From positions 124,001 to 188,000 of the forward strand of contig JAIVFI010000020.1 in NCBI GenBank assembly GCA_025558095.1: a stretch of 64,000 nt of DNA, read 5' to 3'. Below, piece by piece: positions 24,436-35,369 of the stretch. The notes below the pieces were generated by a model, which saw nothing but the letters and a program-made list of their open reading frames with translations, had not been told where the DNA came from and made no database searches. A program made the translations under genes and the position numbers. The DNA comes from Hyaloraphidium curvatum SAG 235-1. Lineage: Eukaryota; Fungi; Monoblepharomycota. Position 1 is the first letter of the stretch, and each line of letters opens with the position of its first letter.

Positions 24436-25407
24436 ATGGACGCGGTAAAGCAGAGCACCATCGCGTTCCGCAGCGTGAAACCTGCTCGGGCTGCTTCCGG
24501 CGGCGAGAAGAAACCGGAAGACCCGGCACTGATTGCTCCGAAAAATGCCGTGTGGAAGCCGACGAAGGAGCAAATTGCTGCCGCCGCGGGAAAGACCCTT
24601 GAGGACGTCATCGCGCCCGGCCTCTCCATCCTTTTCGTCGGAATCAACCCGAGTCTCTACAGCGCTGCTATTGGACACCATTTCGGGCGGCCTGGGAACC
24701 GCTTCTGGCGCGCGCTTCACCTCGGAGGACTGACCCCCGGCGTGCTCTCCCCGTTCGACGAGCGCGAGCTGCTCTCGCACGGGATCGGGATCACGGACGT
24801 CGTGGACCGCGCGACAAAGTGCGAGGACAACCTATCGCCCGCCGAAAAGCGCGAGGGGGCAAAGAAGCTCGCGGAGAAGATACGCACGTACCGCCCGAAA
24901 GTCGTGGCCTTTGTCGGGATGACGGTCTATCGGGACGCTTTCGGACGGAAGGATGCCGCCGTGGGGCTCCAGAAGGAGTCGCTGGGCGGAAGGCCGGTTT
25001 GGATCCTGCCGAGCACGAGCGGGCTCAACGCGAACTACCAGCTGCCCGAGCTCGCGAAGCTGTTCGGCGAGGTCAAGGCCGCCGCAGACTCGAAGAACAG
25101 CCTCGAGATCGGACCGGACCTTTTGGATGGCATCGATGACCTCCGTGCGGCGAGCTCGAAACCCAAGAGGAGCGAGCATGCGCCGTCAAAGAGGAAAAAG
25201 ATCAAGAAGGAGCACGACGTCGGCAACGGCGGGAAATCCGGAAACATGTTTGCCCAGTTCATGTTTGAATCAGCCGCTGTTGTGGGCGTCGGAACCGATG
25301 CTGAGCCTCACACCGTTGGCGGCGTCACGGAAGCCCCGCAAGTGGAAGTCAAAATCGAGGCACTGGAAGTGGAAGTGAAGATTGAATCCAACTACTTTGC
25401 TAGTTGA
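24436..25407 (+). CDS. mug: G:U/T mismatch DNA glycosylase (Mug/TDG, UDG family 2), intronless
   Basis: LEDVIAPGLSILFVGINPSLYSAAIGHHFGRPGNRFW, GIGITDVVDRAT, LPSTSGLNA. Confidence 0.93.
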   Translation: MDAVKQSTIAFRSVKPARAASGGEKKPEDPALIAPKNAVWKPTKEQIAAAAGKTLEDVIAPGLSILFVGINPSLYSAAIGHHFGRPGNRFWRALHLGGLTPGVLSPFDERELLSHGIGITDVVDRATKCEDNLSPAEKREGAKKLAEKIRTYRPKVVAFVGMTVYRDAFGRKDAAVGLQKESLGGRPVWILPSTSGLNANYQLPELAKLFGEVKAAADSKNSLEIGPDLLDGIDDLRAASSKPKRSEHAPSKRKKIKKEHDVGNGGKSGNMFAQFMFESAAVVGVGTDAEPHTVGGVTEAPQVEVKIEALEVEVKIESNYFAS

Positions 25408-25465
25408 AAGTTGTGATACCTGCGCGATACTGTAGGCATTCTATTCGTTGCTTTTCGTTGAATGG

Positions 25466-26442
25466 TCACGCGGACCCCGGCCCGCCCTTAACGATTCCCT
25501 TCTCTATCGCCTCCTTTGTGATTTCATCGTTGATGGGTCCTTCGGACTCCACGGGCCCTCCATTCCAGCACCACTCGATCCACGACCCGTCGTAGAGCCT
25601 CATGCGCTCGAAAGGGACGCCCAGCTTGGCCAGGTAGAGCGACACCCCGGCCGCAGCGACGCCGGAACCGCACATGGTGACGAGCACCTGGTCCGGATTG
25701 GAAAACTCCACGCCGACCTTCTCGAACGCGGCCTTGAGCCGGTCGTCGGAGACCAGGACGCCGTCCTTCGTGACGAACTCGAGCGCGGGTATGGAAACCG
25801 CACCGGGGATGTGGCCCGACGGCATATACGGCCGCGGTTCAAGGCCCGTGCCGTCGAAGCGGGCGGCCGGCCTGCCGTCGATGATAAGCTGTTCGGTTCG
25901 AGGCAGCGCGTAGGTCCCTTTGACGTCCTCGTACGAAACCCAGGTCGGAGGAGGCGGATTGCTCGAATACCTCGTCGGCTATCGAGCGCTTTAGCGATGG
26001 GTGATTTCGAGATGCTCTGGAGGAGGCTCACGGTCACTTTCGGCTCGCCACTTTCCACCGGGCGACCCTCCGCGATCCATTTCGGCAGCCCGCCGTCCAG
26101 CACGGAAACCTTTTCGTGACCAAACTCCCTGAACGTCCACCACACGCGTGGAGAGGCATTCACTCCGTACGTGTCGTAGACGACAACGTGGCTGTCCTCC
26201 GAAATGCCGAGAGCACCGACCGCGGCGTCAAAGACCTCCTTCGGCGGCTTCATGTGCGGGAGGTTGGTGCTCTTGTCCTTGTGCTCCTCGATGTCGAAGA
26301 AAAGGGCCCCGGGAATGTGCGACGCCCTGTATTCCGCCAGCGCGTCGCGTCCCAGGCGTGGGAGGTGCCAGGTCCCGTCCAGGACGACCACATTCAGGTT
26401 CGCCGCGAGCCACTCCGTGGACACGAGCAGCGGTGCCGCCAT
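25466..26442 (-). CDS. TUM1: 3-mercaptopyruvate/thiosulfate sulfurtransferase (tandem rhodanese)
   Basis: LVSTEWL, HIPGALFFDI, SPRVWW, VLDGGLPKW, SGHIPGA, active-site loop CGSGVAA, LYDGSWIEW. Confidence 0.93.
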
Positions 26443-26612
26443 GAACGCTGTGTCGCGTCACGCGCCAGACGCGTGAAATATGATTGCAACGCGCCCGTGG
26501 AAGTGGGCGACAGTGACAGTGAAGCTCGCGTCATTCGGCAGCTCGCGATCGACGATCGTCGAATCACCTCCCATTCACCGTCTTTCGTCAGTCCGGAGAG
26601 CTCAGCGACGCC

Positions 26613-27183
26613 ACGCGGTTCCTCCTCCTTGTCGTCGTCGTCGCCGTCGCCGGGGCCCTTTTGGCGCCCGTCTCCGGCAACGCCCAGACCACGGTGAACA
26701 TCCCGATCACGTCCCCCACGCAGGGCCAGGTCTATCAGGCGTGCAGGCGAGTGGCTATTTCCCTCAATCACAGTTGCAATCTGACGCTGCTTCCACACAA
26801 GCTGCATCAACATCACGTGGACCTCGCTTGTCGGTGCCGGAGACTTCGACCTTCACTTCGACGCCTGGCGCGCCAACACCACGGTAAGCTCGATCGACTT
26901 CTTCTCCTACCTTTGCAAATGCTGATTGATGCTCTTCTTACGCAGTGGGCCCCGATTCACGTCCAGGACAATGTGCCGTACACCCGAGGCAGCGACGGCG
27001 GCTTCTCCGCGGGCATCCCCTGCAGCGCCAAGCCTGGTACGTGGTGCCAGCAGACTAATGGAGAGTGGCCGCGATGGTCTATTCATTCTCTTAGGTCTCT
27101 ACTACATCACCGGAGGCGGAACGTCGCCGACCGGGGTGGACTTCGTCGGAACGAGCGGCGTTTTCAACATGACCTCGTACTGA
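26613..27183 (+). CDS. Small secreted beta-sandwich (Kre9/Ser-Thr-GPI-like) protein; start codon appears to be ACG
   Basis: Signal-like (T/M)RFLLLVVVVAVAGALLAPVSG, then NIPITSPTQGQVYQAC|INITW..|..GIPCSAKP|GLYYI..SGVFNMTSY; three predicted introns. Confidence 0.55.
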
Positions 27184-27615
27184 GGAGAAGGTTACCGCAT
27201 CGCCGAGGGCGGCCAAGGGCGACATTCTGATCGCCAACCGCACGAATGTGCGATGGGCTTTCTTCTTCACATGTAGGGGATCCTTGGGGGATGATCGGTG
27301 CACGGTTCAGCGAGAGGGGAGAGGGAGCGGCCGCAGACATAAATCTTGATCGGGTTTGGGGACACATCGTCGTCACCGCGCCCTCGATCGGATCCCTGTG
27401 TCCGCAGCGGGCGGTGCAGCTGCGGAGCTCGGCTGCCGCATAAAAGGGCCAGGGATCGCCGGTCGGTCCAACACCTCGGCATTGCATTCCGCCCTGCGAC
27501 CTCGACGATTCTGCACTCCAACAGCAACATGTGCGACCCCGGCGCCCTTGAAGCGAGCGCGATGTCTATGAAGCTGATTGGCCGTCGGCATCCCCCCTGC
27601 TGCAGGATCCCCAGC

Positions 27616-28722
27616 ATGCTCCGACTCTCGCGAGCGGCATTCGTCGTGGCCACGGTGGTCCTTCTCGCCAGCCCAGTGTTCGCCGACCTCTTGTGCCTTA
27701 CGAACCTCGGTGAGTTCCATTCTGCGCTGGAATCCGTGCATGCACTGAGCGTGAGCCCGGATCCCTCAATCCCCCGCTCCCCCGCCACCCATCCGCAGAG
27801 CGCCAGAAGGCCGGCCTTCGTCCTCTGCGGTACAACCAGATCCTGTCCAATGCGGCCAAGGCGCACACCGACGACATGTCATCCAAGGGTTTCATGTGTA
27901 CGTCCTTTCTCGCCGGGGTGCTGCGGAGCCTGATCACTTGACCGTCCTACAGCCCACGTCGGCTCCGATGGATCGAGCCCCTGGGACCGCTTCGCCCGTG
28001 CCGGATTCACCAACATGAGGACCGGCGGCGAGAACGTTGCTGCGTGAGTGCGCTTGCGGGCTCCCGGGAAGCAGTTGATTGACTTCTCCAACAGGGGCCA
28101 GACTTCCGAAGACCAGGTCATGCGCGACTGGATGAACTCTCCCGTACGTCATTTCCGAGCTTTCAGGTCCCCGAGTGCTGATCCTTGCCACAGGGCCACA
28201 GGGCAAACATCCTCAGCCCGGACTTCACCCTCTTCGGCTGGGCTCGCACTGGCAACTACTGGGGTGCGCTGAGCTGCTTGCCTGCTTGACATGTTTGCTG
28301 ACGAGCTCCATGCAGCCCAGGAGTTCGCGGCCACCTTCAACGACGACCCCTCGGTGCCTCCCGTGTGTCCCGGCGCGCCTGCCCCTCCGCCCCCGCCGCC
28401 GCCTGCTCCTGCTCCGCCGCCGCCGCCGCCGCCGCCGGCTCCCACTCCTCCTCCTCCGCCGCCGCCGGCTCCCGTTCCCCCGCCGCCGCCTCCGCCGAAG
28501 ACGACCAGCCCGCTCATCCGTCCGGCGACCACAAAAGTCAACGCCCCGGCGCCGACCAAGAACCTCAGCGCGTACAGGTGGATTATCAACGGCAAGCGCT
28601 GCATGCTGACGTGCCTTCCGGCGTCGTACTTCCGGCCGTCGTCGAACAAGCGCCCGGCCAATGCGAACGAGTACCGCTACATCGTCAACGGCAGGCGCTG
28701 CAGGGCCACCTGCTTGCCTTGA
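27616..28722 (+). CDS. Secreted CAP/SCP-domain protein with poly-Pro linker and two short Cys-containing C-terminal repeats
   Basis: Signal peptide; RQKAGLRPL..AAKAHTDDM, SHVGSDGSSPWDR, GENVA, DWMNSP|GHRANIL, NYW|QEF; many small exons. Confidence 0.82.
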
Positions 28723-28852
28723 ACTTTCGCATCTTAGCAGTGAGGAGGGAGATAGGTAGCGTTCTGCTGGCAAGAGTGCACCGAGGAATAGCAGTCAGTC
28801 TTGGACCGGGATGTAGCTTGCGGTAGCTCGTACCATGATCAACATGATTCAT

Positions 28853-29513
28853 TCAATCATCGGTCTCCACAAATTCGAGTCCACCGGAACCGGCGATCGC
28901 GTCCGGCGGCATCGTGCCGAACTTCGAGAGATACAGCGCCGTCTTGAACGGCCGGAGGCCCGTGCGGTTCTCGACGTACTCCGAACAAACATAACACCTT
29001 CGAAAAGCAGGTAAGTGCCTGACGAATGGAGCCAAAACGGACCAACTAGACTAACCACGTCGACAGATCAGAGAAAGACGTTGCAATCGCGTGGCCGGTC
29101 TCGTTGTGGTGGATCTGGCCGTGTCCATGAACTACCCGCTCTTGTCAGGACCTTCCTCGGAAAAAAGAGCAGTCGGACCCACCATAGCGAGAACAAAAGA
29201 CCTGGTGGCACCGGAGACATATCCAGTTCTCGGGAGACGCTCCGCACACGCTGCACGGGTCCTGCACCGAAATCACGACGTTCGGACCCAAGGGTGCGAC
29301 GCCGGCTTCGGATCTGATATGAGGGCAGTCGAGCTTGGGCTGAACGCTGAAGAATCCGCCCTCCTCGTCGTCGAACGACAAGTCCGGCGGCAACGCGTCG
29401 GCGGAGCCCGAACCCGAGCTGGGACCGCTTGCCGACGCGTTGCCAGTCAATTTGTCTTTTCCTTTGGTATCTGGCACCTCCGCCGGCGCTTTTCCTTTCC
29501 CCTTGTCGCTCAT
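28853..29513 (-). CDS. Stand-alone ZnF-UBP (HDAC6-type ubiquitin-binding zinc finger) protein
   Basis: FFSVQPKLDCPH, CSVC..ENWICLRCHQVFCSRY|VHGH..HH..TGH..SFSDLSTW|CYVCSEYV..LYLSKFG. Confidence 0.85.
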
Positions 29514-29589
29514 CGTCGCAACGATGAAACGGTGCCCAGGATCAGTTGAGAGGTCCCAGAATCCGGGTGACCTCAAATCAAGGTGCCGG

Positions 29590-30844
29590 ATGGCCCTGCT
29601 CGTGAGCACGGTCAACCGAGGACTCCGAGAGCTCGCCGAATGGGACATCGAAGACACCATGGGGGACGCCGCGGCTCTCCTCCGACCGCAACCTTTCAAC
29701 GAGGGCAAAGTCTTTTACAGGCTGACGGGCCGCTCTTCCTCTGGGCTCAAAAGGAGTCACGACGAGATGTCTCGAGAAGGGGATTCTGCGGACGCGGAAG
29801 CTCCATGGAACGATTTGCGCGAAGCTGTGAAGTTGACGGAGCGGCTTCGAACGGTCGAACGGACATTCGCGTGCCTTGGTTTTGAAGCTTTTGACGCAGT
29901 GCCAGCTCCTGTTCAATGGAGCCCCGATGTCGTGTACCAAAGGGTTCTTGATCTCGCCGGCAAGTCGGACTGGAAACTTGGGGTCGCTGCTTGGAGTGCG
30001 GCCCGATCCTGGAAGGGACGGACGTTGGAGGACAGTCCTCCCACCTTTCGCGTTTCCCTCCGCTTCCGGGGAAAGGACAGCAGGCAACCGGACCTGTACG
30101 AACAGCTTTCGGCTTCGATAGCCAGGGCTCTGCAGGGGAACTGGCGGGATACGCTCCCAGAATCGGAGCTTCCCTGGAATGTCGACTTGCAGAGCTACGA
30201 CATCGAGGTGTGGGTTCATCTCAACGATGACGGCATCGTCGTTGGGCTTCCATTGCGTCCGGGTCGCAATGTTTACGGCTCCGGCAACGAAAAGGGAGGG
30301 CTCCGCGAAAGCGTAGCGTGGTGCCTAGCGAGGCTATCTTTTTCTGGAGAGTCACCCGCTCTTGCTGTGGATCCTTGCGCCGGGAAAGGGACCGTGGTTG
30401 CGAAACTGTCTGATTTGAGCCGTCTTGCTTGGATCGTCGCTGGGGATATGGACAGAGACTCTCTTTGCCAAGCACGGGGATGGCATGGTGAACGACACAC
30501 GGACTTTGTCTTGTGGGACTTCACGCGTAAGCTGTTGCCTAATCGCTTCCCTTCGCGGCAAACTGACATTAGAATCAGGACCTCCTGTGAGGCAAGGAGT
30601 CTTTGACCTCGTCGTGTCCGACCTTCCCTTTGGCCACCAACACGCCCTACCTTCGGATTTATATACCCGCCTTCGCCGATCATTCTCCAGGACATTGAGT
30701 CCGGGAGGCAAGGCCGTGCTGCTCTGCGCCGCTCATCGATCGCTGGATCTGACTGCGCCTGATTTCATCCAAGAAAAGGCGCTCTCGACGCGTGTTGGAT
30801 CCATAGAAACACAGATCCTTGTTTCGCGAAGGTCTTCGGAGTGA
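29590..30844 (+). CDS. THUMP-domain RNA m2G methyltransferase (THUMPD2/3-like)
   Basis: TVNRGL, TFRVS, WNVDLQSYDIEV, LRESVAWCL, VDPCAGKGT, WDFT|..DLVVSDLPFG. Confidence 0.85.
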
Positions 30845-30907
30845 CCAACAGACCGCGTTTCTGAATCGGAAGCAATCAGCCCTGCTTTCTTGCCTCCCAG
30901 ATTGCGA

Positions 30908-31324
30908 CTAATTTCCACTTGCACTTTCAGCCGATCTCCGGGAGGGAGAGCAAGAATTCTCGTATGTCCTCCATGCCGCCGTACCCGCAGCTCCGCTGCC
31001 AGGTTCTTGACGAACCACAACTCGTCCCGCTCTCTTCCTGCCCCGGGGGCCAATTTCCGCGAGAGTTCCGTATGCTTCAAGCGAATCAATGTACGCCAGG
31101 ACGATGTTGCACGACGCAATCTGCCGCACGGAACGTTCTGCCAGATCACGCCGGGTGACGCCGTCCACCCCGTGGTCCCTGATCGACGAAGGTCCAGCGT
31201 AGGCCAGACGCTTGCACATTTCTGCGTTCAATTCATGCGTTTTCATGACGTCGCTGCCAAGGATATTGCTTCTGTAGCTGTCTACTCGGCCGGCAAAGTA
31301 GATGCGCGGCCTTTCGGTGCCCAT
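30908..31324 (-). pseudogene. Nucleoside 2-deoxyribosyltransferase-like gene, apparently frameshifted after the catalytic Glu
   Basis: RIYFAG, IASCNIVLAYIDSLEAYGTLAEIG; a plausible continuation (RDELWFVKNL) lies in another frame near 31040. Confidence 0.55.
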
Positions 31325-31534
31325 CCCCCTGCCAAAGAAGCGCTATCAGCCGGAGGTTCTCGCTTTGCTGAATATCAGCGGCACCCGGCAACGCGCGGAC
31401 CCGGCACCTGCTGCACGGATGTGTGTTTGGGGCTAGCTTCCTTATGTGTAATGAGGAGCTAGCAATCCCACCGTACACTTAGCACGAACGCGTTTCAGGC
31501 GCCTGTCTCCCCGCCGTCACCCTCATCGAGATTT

Positions 31535-32722
31535 ATGCCCCGCCTGCGCCGCACTCTAGCCCCCTTGCTAGTTGCTACCGCAGTGTACATCGCGCTCTAC
31601 CGCTACAGTTCTCCGTCGGCCGACCCCGATCCGCCAGTGCGGCCCGCCGCCCGCGAAATGTCCCCCGAACTCGAGAAGCTGCAGAAGGACTACGTCGAAC
31701 GCGCCTTCGGCTCGTTTCTCCACTTCTCCGTCGGTACTTTCACCGACGAGGAATGGGCCAAGCCGAAGCGAACCGACGTCGCGACCATCTTCAACCCAGC
31801 CGAGCTAGACACCGACCAATGGGCCGATGCCGCCGCGTCCGCGGGCATGAAGTACTCCGTGCTCACCACGAAGCACCACGATGGATTTGCGCTATGGGAG
31901 ACGGACATTGACGCTCTGAAGCCGTACTCCGTGTTGGCAACAGAGTGGCACAAGAAGGAGAAGGCCGCCGGCCGTTCGGGTGACATTGTGAAGCGATACG
32001 TCGAATCGTGCCGCTCGCGGGGCATCGCGCCGGGATTCTACTTCAGCATCTGGGACAGGACCCTCGACCTGAGCCTGAAGAAGACGACGGACAAAAGATG
32101 GGCGACGGACTTTGTCAAGGCCCAGCTCACGGAGCTCCTGACCAAGTACGGCGAGATCGCCTGCATTTGGACCGATGGCTGGCTGTGGTTCGACCTGAAG
32201 GAGCCGGGGCCCGTGGGGTACGAGCTGGTGGACTACCAGGAAGTCTACGATCATATCAAGAAACTCTCCCCGCGGACTTTGCTGGTGGAGAACAACCACG
32301 AGCGGAATCTCCAGCACTCTGACATTGTTGGATTCGAGCGCAACGTCATCTGTGAGCCGTGGCCTTCGTCTTGCCGCGAAGCGAACTTCTAACTCTCGCC
32401 GAATAGCAATGCCTCCCCACTCCAACCAGCTGCCGTCGGAAGTCTGCGACACCATCCGTGCCGACAAGTGCGTACTGTTCGTTGGTGCCCGACTTTCGCT
32501 CACGCTCTGTGTGGCAGCCGATGGTTTTACCACCCGGGAGACGACGACGTCAAGTCGGTGGACTTCATCGTCGAGAGCCTCAAGGCCTGCAAGGAGCGCA
32601 ACACGGCGTACCTGCTGGATCTGACGCCGGATCGGAGGGGTTTGATACCTGAGAGCCAGGTGAACAGGCTGAAGGAGGTCGGGAAGGCGCTGGAGGCGCG
32701 CGGAGGCGTAGCGAAACTCTAG
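31535..32722 (+). CDS. Alpha-L-fucosidase (GH29), secreted or signal-anchored, two introns
   Basis: FLHFSVGTF, FNPAELDTDQWA, VLTTKHHDGFALW, YFSIWD, ELLTKYG..IWTDG, WFYHP, YLLDLTPDRRGLI. Confidence 0.92.
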
Positions 32723-32784
32723 AGTCTAGGGAATCCATAGGCCCGCGGAGCCGTGGCGACTAGAGTCTAGAGCAGCATAGGAAT

Positions 32785-33952
32785 CTATAGCTTGGGGTAC
32801 ACGGGCGCTTTCTTTGCCAGAAGGCTCGCCTTGCCGGCCTCCATGTCCTTGCCCTGGTTCACTGGTGAACGGAGAAGCGTGTGTGAGTGACCGGGAGACA
32901 ACTGACTACGGCAAATCTCACCGAAGGCATTGTGGAGATGGTTATACTGAGGGAGAAAGGCGGACATGAGTCCACTACCCAAGCGGGGCCGACCCCACAC
33001 CCACCTTGATCGACGCGTCGACGCTGTGGTCCCGGGTGAAGAGCAGCACGTCCTTGATGGAAGTCGAGGCGATGGGCGATTTGGCTGTCGCAAAACGACA
33101 TGAGCACCTGTCTCCGTGAATCTGGCGGGCCAATCCTACCAGCGATCATCCTGGCCGTCTCGAGGGCGGCTTCGATTGCGGCCTCCCTAGTCGGGAGGAT
33201 CTCCGACACAAAGCCCTGGAACCGGGTGGTCAGCAAGTGCTGCCGGCCGAGGACAGCAGAAACCAACCCCAACGAGCGCCTTTTGCGCCGGAACGTTCCG
33301 TGCAGTGAGCGCGAGGTCCCTGACGAAAGACTGGTTCCCGCAGCTCTTCGAGATCCGCTGGAGACCGCCACCATCCGCGGGAATCCCCATCTCGGCCTCG
33401 CGCAGCGAGAACACGGCGTCCGCGCTGCAGTACCGGATGTCGCAGGCGCTCATAAGCTCCATCCCGCCGCCGATGCAGATTCCGTGGCTGACGGCGATCA
33501 CGGGTTTCCCGCACTCCTCCACGGCGCGGAAGCAGCCCTCGATCGTCTTGCGCAGGCCGCGGACGATCCAGTACGCCTTGCGGGCGGGGTCGTCCAGGTC
33601 GCGGCCCTTCTGGGCCGAGCTGCCGTTGGCTCCAGCGGTGGCCTTGAGGTCCAGGCCTGAACGTCGCGGTAGTAATGTTAGCCTGGCCGTTTTTCGGGCC
33701 TAGGACGGCGTTCTGACCCGCGCAGAACATCCTCCCCTGCGCCGAGATGATGACGGCCCGCACGTCGCCGTCCTCCGGGATCCGCTTGAAAACGTGCTCG
33801 ACCTCCTGGAAGAACCGCGGCGACATGGCGTTCAACTGGTTCGGCCGCGCCATCTCGACGTGTAGGACGTATTCAGCGGGGAAAGACAGCTGAATCGTCT
33901 GGAGGGGCCCGAGGCCGTGGATCGCGTTGTACTGGGCGAGGACGTCGGTCAT
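32785..33952 (-). CDS. ECH1: Delta(3,5)-Delta(2,4)-dienoyl-CoA isomerase (crotonase family), probably peroxisomal
   Basis: RPNQLNAM, MFCA|GLDL, KPVIAVSHGICIGGGMELMSACDIRYC, ADGGGLQR; ends PVYPKL (PTS1-like). Confidence 0.9.
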
Positions 33953-34213
33953 CTCTTTAAGGCGGCGATAAAGAGGTGGCGGTGGGCGGAAGGCGCGAGA
34001 GGCGGGGAGGTGAGGGAGACGGGCTTGCGGACAAACAGGAAGCGCCGGAGCCGAGTCGCGGCCGCGGGCGGATACGTCCACTCCCAACCCCTGAGGCCGC
34101 GCCTATTGCCCATACAGAACTCTAAACACGGATTCGTTGATCCCATGTGTTCCACAGTGAGGTGGCTGGCAACTGCCGGGGCAATGCGCTCTCTATGCCT
34201 ACACTCGGACCTT

Positions 34214-34771
34214 TTATCTAGCCTTGAAATGCCTCGCACACGCGTCGGCCGCCTCCTCAAACGACGAATACACGCCCTCCACGGCCTCGCATATCATAAG
34301 GTTCTCCTCCAGGTCCCTCCCGTCCCTGTGCTGAAAGTGTTCGATCGCGAGCCCCTTCGAGTCCTCCCAGGAGCCGTCGGCCCGCTCCCGCGCGTCGGGA
34401 TCAATCGCGCGGCACCGCAACGCGTAGGATCGCGGCAGCTTCCCGGGATCCAGGTAGGCAAACACGGGCTTGCCCAGCGCCGCCGCGAAACCGACCTCGA
34501 ACGCCGTGCCCGAGTCCATCCCCGGGCCCCTGAACGGATCCAGATTGGCAATGACCGCGTCGGCGCGCCGGACCATGTCCACGTTGGCGACGTAGATGTT
34601 GCGCGCGGTCGGCGCGACCAGCACCGCGTCCATCGGGAAGAGGCCGTCGAGGCCGCGCGCCGCGCACATCGACTTGAGGCTCGCGGCGGCGCCGGCGTGG
34701 TCCGGGAGGAAGACATCGGGGCCAGCGAGGTACACCTGCACCTGCGCGGGGGAGGAAGACGCGTCGCCCAT
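34214..34771 (-). CDS. Nucleoside 2-deoxyribosyltransferase, intronless, bacterial type
   Basis: VYLAGPDVFLPD, IYVANVDMVRRADAVIANLDPFRGPGMDSGTAFEVGFAAALGKPVFAY, IEHF..ENLMI. Confidence 0.93.
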   Translation of the reverse strand: MGDASSSPAQVQVYLAGPDVFLPDHAGAAASLKSMCAARGLDGLFPMDAVLVAPTARNIYVANVDMVRRADAVIANLDPFRGPGMDSGTAFEVGFAAALGKPVFAYLDPGKLPRSYALRCRAIDPDARERADGSWEDSKGLAIEHFQHRDGRDLEENLMICEAVEGVYSSFEEAADACARHFKAR

Positions 34772-34849
34772 CAGTACGCAGGTTGTCATACTACAAACAA
34801 GGGCGCCTATGTCGCAAGGCTCAGAGCCACATCTCCAAAGATACCGCCC

Positions 34850-35185
34850 CCGACCATAGTGACGGCCGCGAACGCTGAGGCTAAGAAGGTGGAATATTTC
34901 AACGGTCGCTTTGCGATCCCGGACCCGGCTCCGGTGGACTATGTTCCTCTCGGCCAAGAGACCCACGGTCGGCTCGGACCCGCGGCAGCGGCCTTCATCC
35001 CGCGGATCGCCCGACGCGCGCACCCCCCGCTGGAAGGATCAGACGGTAAGGAATGGGACGTGGGGGGTTTGATGGCACGGTACACGGCTCGCCTTCGCGC
35101 CCGAATTCAAATAGCGCGGGCCATGGGCAATGATATCCTTTTTCAGGCGTTGCGTGAGGGCAAGCCCCGGGTGAGGCGGCGGTAG
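34850..35185 (+). mobile_element. 3' fragment of an RLE-type (CRE/R2-group) non-LTR retrotransposon ORF
   Basis: AEAKKVEYF..YVPLGQETHGRLGPAAAAFIPRIA..LRARIQIARAMGN resembles the C-terminal restriction-like endonuclease region; no RT domain is present. Confidence 0.65.
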
Positions 35186-35369
35186 CGGTCTTCGATTTGT
35201 ATACGCACTGGAGCCCAACACGACCAAATCCCTCGCCGCGACCGCCTCGACACAACCGTCACTTCCTCCGCGCTAGTCGGCCTCAGCGGACCCTCGCGCC
35301 ATCCGCAACAGAAGGGGGAGTCGTGGGAGGAGATTTGGACCTCGATCGGGGGTAGGCTCACGCTCCCAG

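Noticed and set aside
32716-32790. Repeated ctagagtctag between convergent stop codons
   Set aside because: Two short copies only; there is no array or transposon-end structure.
24436-34771. Mug plus two NDT-like genes as a base-modification or defence cluster
   Set aside because: They are interspersed with unrelated housekeeping genes, one copy is decayed, and nothing shows co-regulation.
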